From a virus: a stretch of DNA of 36,778 nucleotides. A program made the position numbers and the translations under genes. Shown one piece after another: positions 34,469-36,778 of the stretch (position 1 is the stretch's first letter; the number at the start of each line of letters is the position of its first letter). A model generated the notes under the pieces. The model was given only the letters and a program-made list of their open reading frames with translations. It had not been told where the DNA came from and searched no databases. The DNA is taken from IMG/VR virus record IMGVR_UViG_3300045988_162097, positions 1-36,778 of that record; one strand, written 5' to 3'.

Positions 34469-36526
34469 ATGGCTTATCAATATTTTAATGGTAACTGGCA
34501 TGCCTATGTTGAGTATAATGTTAAAACTAAAAGCCAGGATAGGGTCAGCAATTTAACGACCGCCACAGTCGATTTATATATCGGGAATGACCCCGGTGGA
34601 TATGAAATCGACTTTCCAAACACTTACGGAGCCTATTTTAATGTACGAATCGCCGGTATTACCCAGTGGCTGTATATCGGTTCTTTATATATCGCAGGTA
34701 GTAAGAAGTATTTAGGTTCTTTAGAATTTACATTCTCAAATGATGATGACGGGGCAGCGACTCGTAATGTTGAAGTATGGAGTGTGGGGACTGAAGGTAT
34801 CGCATATAGTGGATGGACCCTTGGGTCAGTATCTGCCAGCACGAGCATTGATTTCCCTAAAATTCCACGAATGTCACAAATCGCAAGTGTGAGCGGTGAC
34901 CGCCGCTTGGGCAGTGAAGTCACTGTCACGCTCGACAGAAAGGTTGAATCATTCACGCATCAAGTCTGGTACAAGGCGTGGGGTTCTGATTGGATTGATT
35001 TAGGGTCCAGGCTAGGTACCACGGTTACATTCACGCCTGCTGCAGAACATGCTGCGCGTAATATTAACGCTATGTCGGGCACGCTCGACCTATGCATCCG
35101 CACTTATGATGGCAATAATCAAATTGGGCAGGATGTGTATAAGTATGGATACGACATCGGGCTGCCTGCTGGTACTCAGCCTAAGCTGGCCGGAATCGAG
35201 CTAACCGATAAAGCGAAAGCCACAAAGGACATAGTGGGCAAAAATATATTCGTTCAGACCTTTTCAGAAATGGTGTGTAAGTTCCTAGGTTTTGAGGGCA
35301 CTTACGGTTCCACTCTGAAGGGATATTATGCCGAAGTGGTGGGTCAAAAAAATGTAATCACTAAGGACGGCGCTGCTTTTAATTACTTCAAGAATCACGG
35401 TAATTTCGAAGTGAGAGCCTATATCACGGACAGCCGTGGTCTGACTTCAAATGTGGTCACTGTTCCGATTCAAGTGCTGCAGTACTTTGCGCCGGTTATT
35501 GATTTTTCAGTGGTCCGAAGCGGTGGCGACCTGCAGACTCTCACGGTCCGCAGAAATGTTCGCATTGCTCCACTCATTGTGAATGGCGTTCAGAAGAATA
35601 CGATGAAGTTAAAATTCCAGGTCAAGCCTGCGAATGATGGCTACTTCCAGGACAATGCTGGGGGTGGAATTACTTCTTCCACGGTCCATACGTTGACTAA
35701 TTCAAATGTGGACCTGGTCGGAAAATTCTCAGCGGCATCTTCTTGGGAGGTCCATGGCATCATCTCGGATGCATATACTGAAGCTAAGTTCACGGCTCCC
35801 ATCGTGGGTCCGGAGCGAGTGGTTATGTGTAAGGCTCCTAATGGAGTGGGTATTAACAAGGTGTGGGAACGTGGCGCACTCGATGTGGGTGGAGATATCT
35901 ATTCAAATGGAGAGCTGGTCCAGGTCGGGAAGCTCACGCAGCCTAATGGTAAATCATTGAAAATTACCGGTTCAGCTAATGACTTCATGAAGACTGGGCT
36001 TTATTACGCTTACAATATGAACGACCTGCCGGAAGGACTGAATGTATATCAGAAATATGGTTATTTACAAGTGAATACTCACCCAGATGATGCGAACTTT
36101 GCCGTTCAGATTTATATTCCGCATAATACGGATATTATGTATATGCGGCGTAAAATGAACACTTATGGATGGCAGAAGTGGATGCAGTTCACTCCGAGTG
36201 ATGTTCCGACCAATCCGGTATGGACGAGCGCTACTCTGAAGAACGGTTGGAGGCACGCTTCTGGTTATGGAAATGTGCAGTTTTCAAAATCCGTTGATGG
36301 GACTATTTTCTGCCGTGGCTCTGCTGAGGGTGGTAATACTAAGGGTGAGACGGTCATATTTACGCTGCCCGAAGGATACAGACCCGAGAAGTATTTGTAT
36401 TTAGCTACGTTAAATAACAGCTACGGTGTAGCCATCATCGGTATTGGAGCTAATGGCGATGTCGTTATAAAATCAAATGTTGATTCGAATTGGTTAAATT
36501 TCGATAATATCAGTTTCAGAATTTAG
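34469..36526 (+). CDS. Putative receptor-binding protein / tail fibre (685 aa)
   Basis: Last large structural gene. Strong SD AAGGAAGGAGG. Beta-rich, Gly/Asn/Thr-rich C-terminal region typical of receptor-binding head domains. Confidence 0.5.
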   Translation: MAYQYFNGNWHAYVEYNVKTKSQDRVSNLTTATVDLYIGNDPGGYEIDFPNTYGAYFNVRIAGITQWLYIGSLYIAGSKKYLGSLEFTFSNDDDGAATRNVEVWSVGTEGIAYSGWTLGSVSASTSIDFPKIPRMSQIASVSGDRRLGSEVTVTLDRKVESFTHQVWYKAWGSDWIDLGSRLGTTVTFTPAAEHAARNINAMSGTLDLCIRTYDGNNQIGQDVYKYGYDIGLPAGTQPKLAGIELTDKAKATKDIVGKNIFVQTFSEMVCKFLGFEGTYGSTLKGYYAEVVGQKNVITKDGAAFNYFKNHGNFEVRAYITDSRGLTSNVVTVPIQVLQYFAPVIDFSVVRSGGDLQTLTVRRNVRIAPLIVNGVQKNTMKLKFQVKPANDGYFQDNAGGGITSSTVHTLTNSNVDLVGKFSAASSWEVHGIISDAYTEAKFTAPIVGPERVVMCKAPNGVGINKVWERGALDVGGDIYSNGELVQVGKLTQPNGKSLKITGSANDFMKTGLYYAYNMNDLPEGLNVYQKYGYLQVNTHPDDANFAVQIYIPHNTDIMYMRRKMNTYGWQKWMQFTPSDVPTNPVWTSATLKNGWRHASGYGNVQFSKSVDGTIFCRGSAEGGNTKGETVIFTLPEGYRPEKYLYLATLNNSYGVAIIGIGANGDVVIKSNVDSNWLNFDNISFRI

Positions 36527-36537
36527 GAGGTAAATTA

Positions 36538-36778
36538 TGATCACGATCGATTTAGGAAAATTAAACCGTTTATTATCCGAATCCGACAAGCAGTCGGAAT
36601 TGCTGCAGGGAGCGTTGGATGAATTATACGGTAAAAAGGCAGTGTTAGAATCTCAATTAAAAACTGTGGATTCTAAAATTACAGAAAAAATTAATGAGAT
36701 GTCATCCATCCAATTGAACAAGCAAGAACTTGCTAGTGCACTGGAATGGTTGAAAGAACACGCAGAGCCTGGTGCTGC
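36538..36778 (+). CDS. Small coiled-coil protein preceding the lysis cassette (5' part; continues at 1..77)
   Basis: SD AGGAGG. The ORF runs off the window end and continues in frame at the window start because of the circular duplication. Confidence 0.5.

Overview
The window looks like a complete, circularly closed or circularly permuted genome of a tailed dsDNA phage (siphovirus-like, Caudoviricetes). It is about 36.72 kb once the exact 55-nt duplication at the two ends is removed (1..55 = 36724..36778). A gene runs across the junction (36538 -> 77).

Every credible gene is on the + strand. There is no integrase, excisionase or divergently transcribed repressor, so it looks like a virulent (or ex-temperate) phage. 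The only HTH protein is a small XRE-type (Cro-like) early protein.

Gene order in transcription order:
- Early region (2.0-4.7 kb): an early promoter and its diverged duplicate (2052-2080 and 2923-2951) drive AT-rich small genes of unknown function. These include a tandem paralog pair and a Cro-like HTH gene.
- Replication module (4.7-12.7 kb): SMC/RecF-like AAA ATPase, Sak4-like AAA_24 ATPase, DUF669-like protein, SF2 helicase, and an AEP primase-polymerase fused to a P4/D5-type NTPase. An iteron-rich putative origin follows, then a RusA resolvase.
- Accessory region (12.7-17.1 kb): 14 small genes, including a DUF3310-domain protein, two small membrane proteins, an AT-rich moron closed by a terminator, a zinc-ribbon peptide and an NrdH glutaredoxin.
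- ArpU/RinA-family late activator (17089-17487), then a hairpin-rich gap, then a ParB-domain/DNA methyltransferase fusion.
- An unusual 870-bp repeat-laden non-coding region (19117-19995).
- Late module: terS, PBSX-type terL, SPP1-like portal, Mu-F-like head morphogenesis protein, a small promoter-gene-terminator moron, scaffold, major capsid, connector and closure proteins, major tail protein, and G/GT chaperones made by a -1 frameshift (slip site T_TTT_TTC). These are followed by a 1049-aa tape measure with a poly-Gly tract and three tail-tip proteins.
- Lysis cassette (wrapping to 122-1839): two holin-like proteins and a CHAP endolysin with choline-binding repeats.

The host is therefore probably a low-GC Gram-positive with choline-decorated teichoic acids, i.e. 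Streptococcus-like Lactobacillales. The genus is not determinable from sequence alone.

Coordinates follow the supplied ORF track. My own base counting occasionally disagreed by 1 nt. Starts were refined from RBS context where that is stated.
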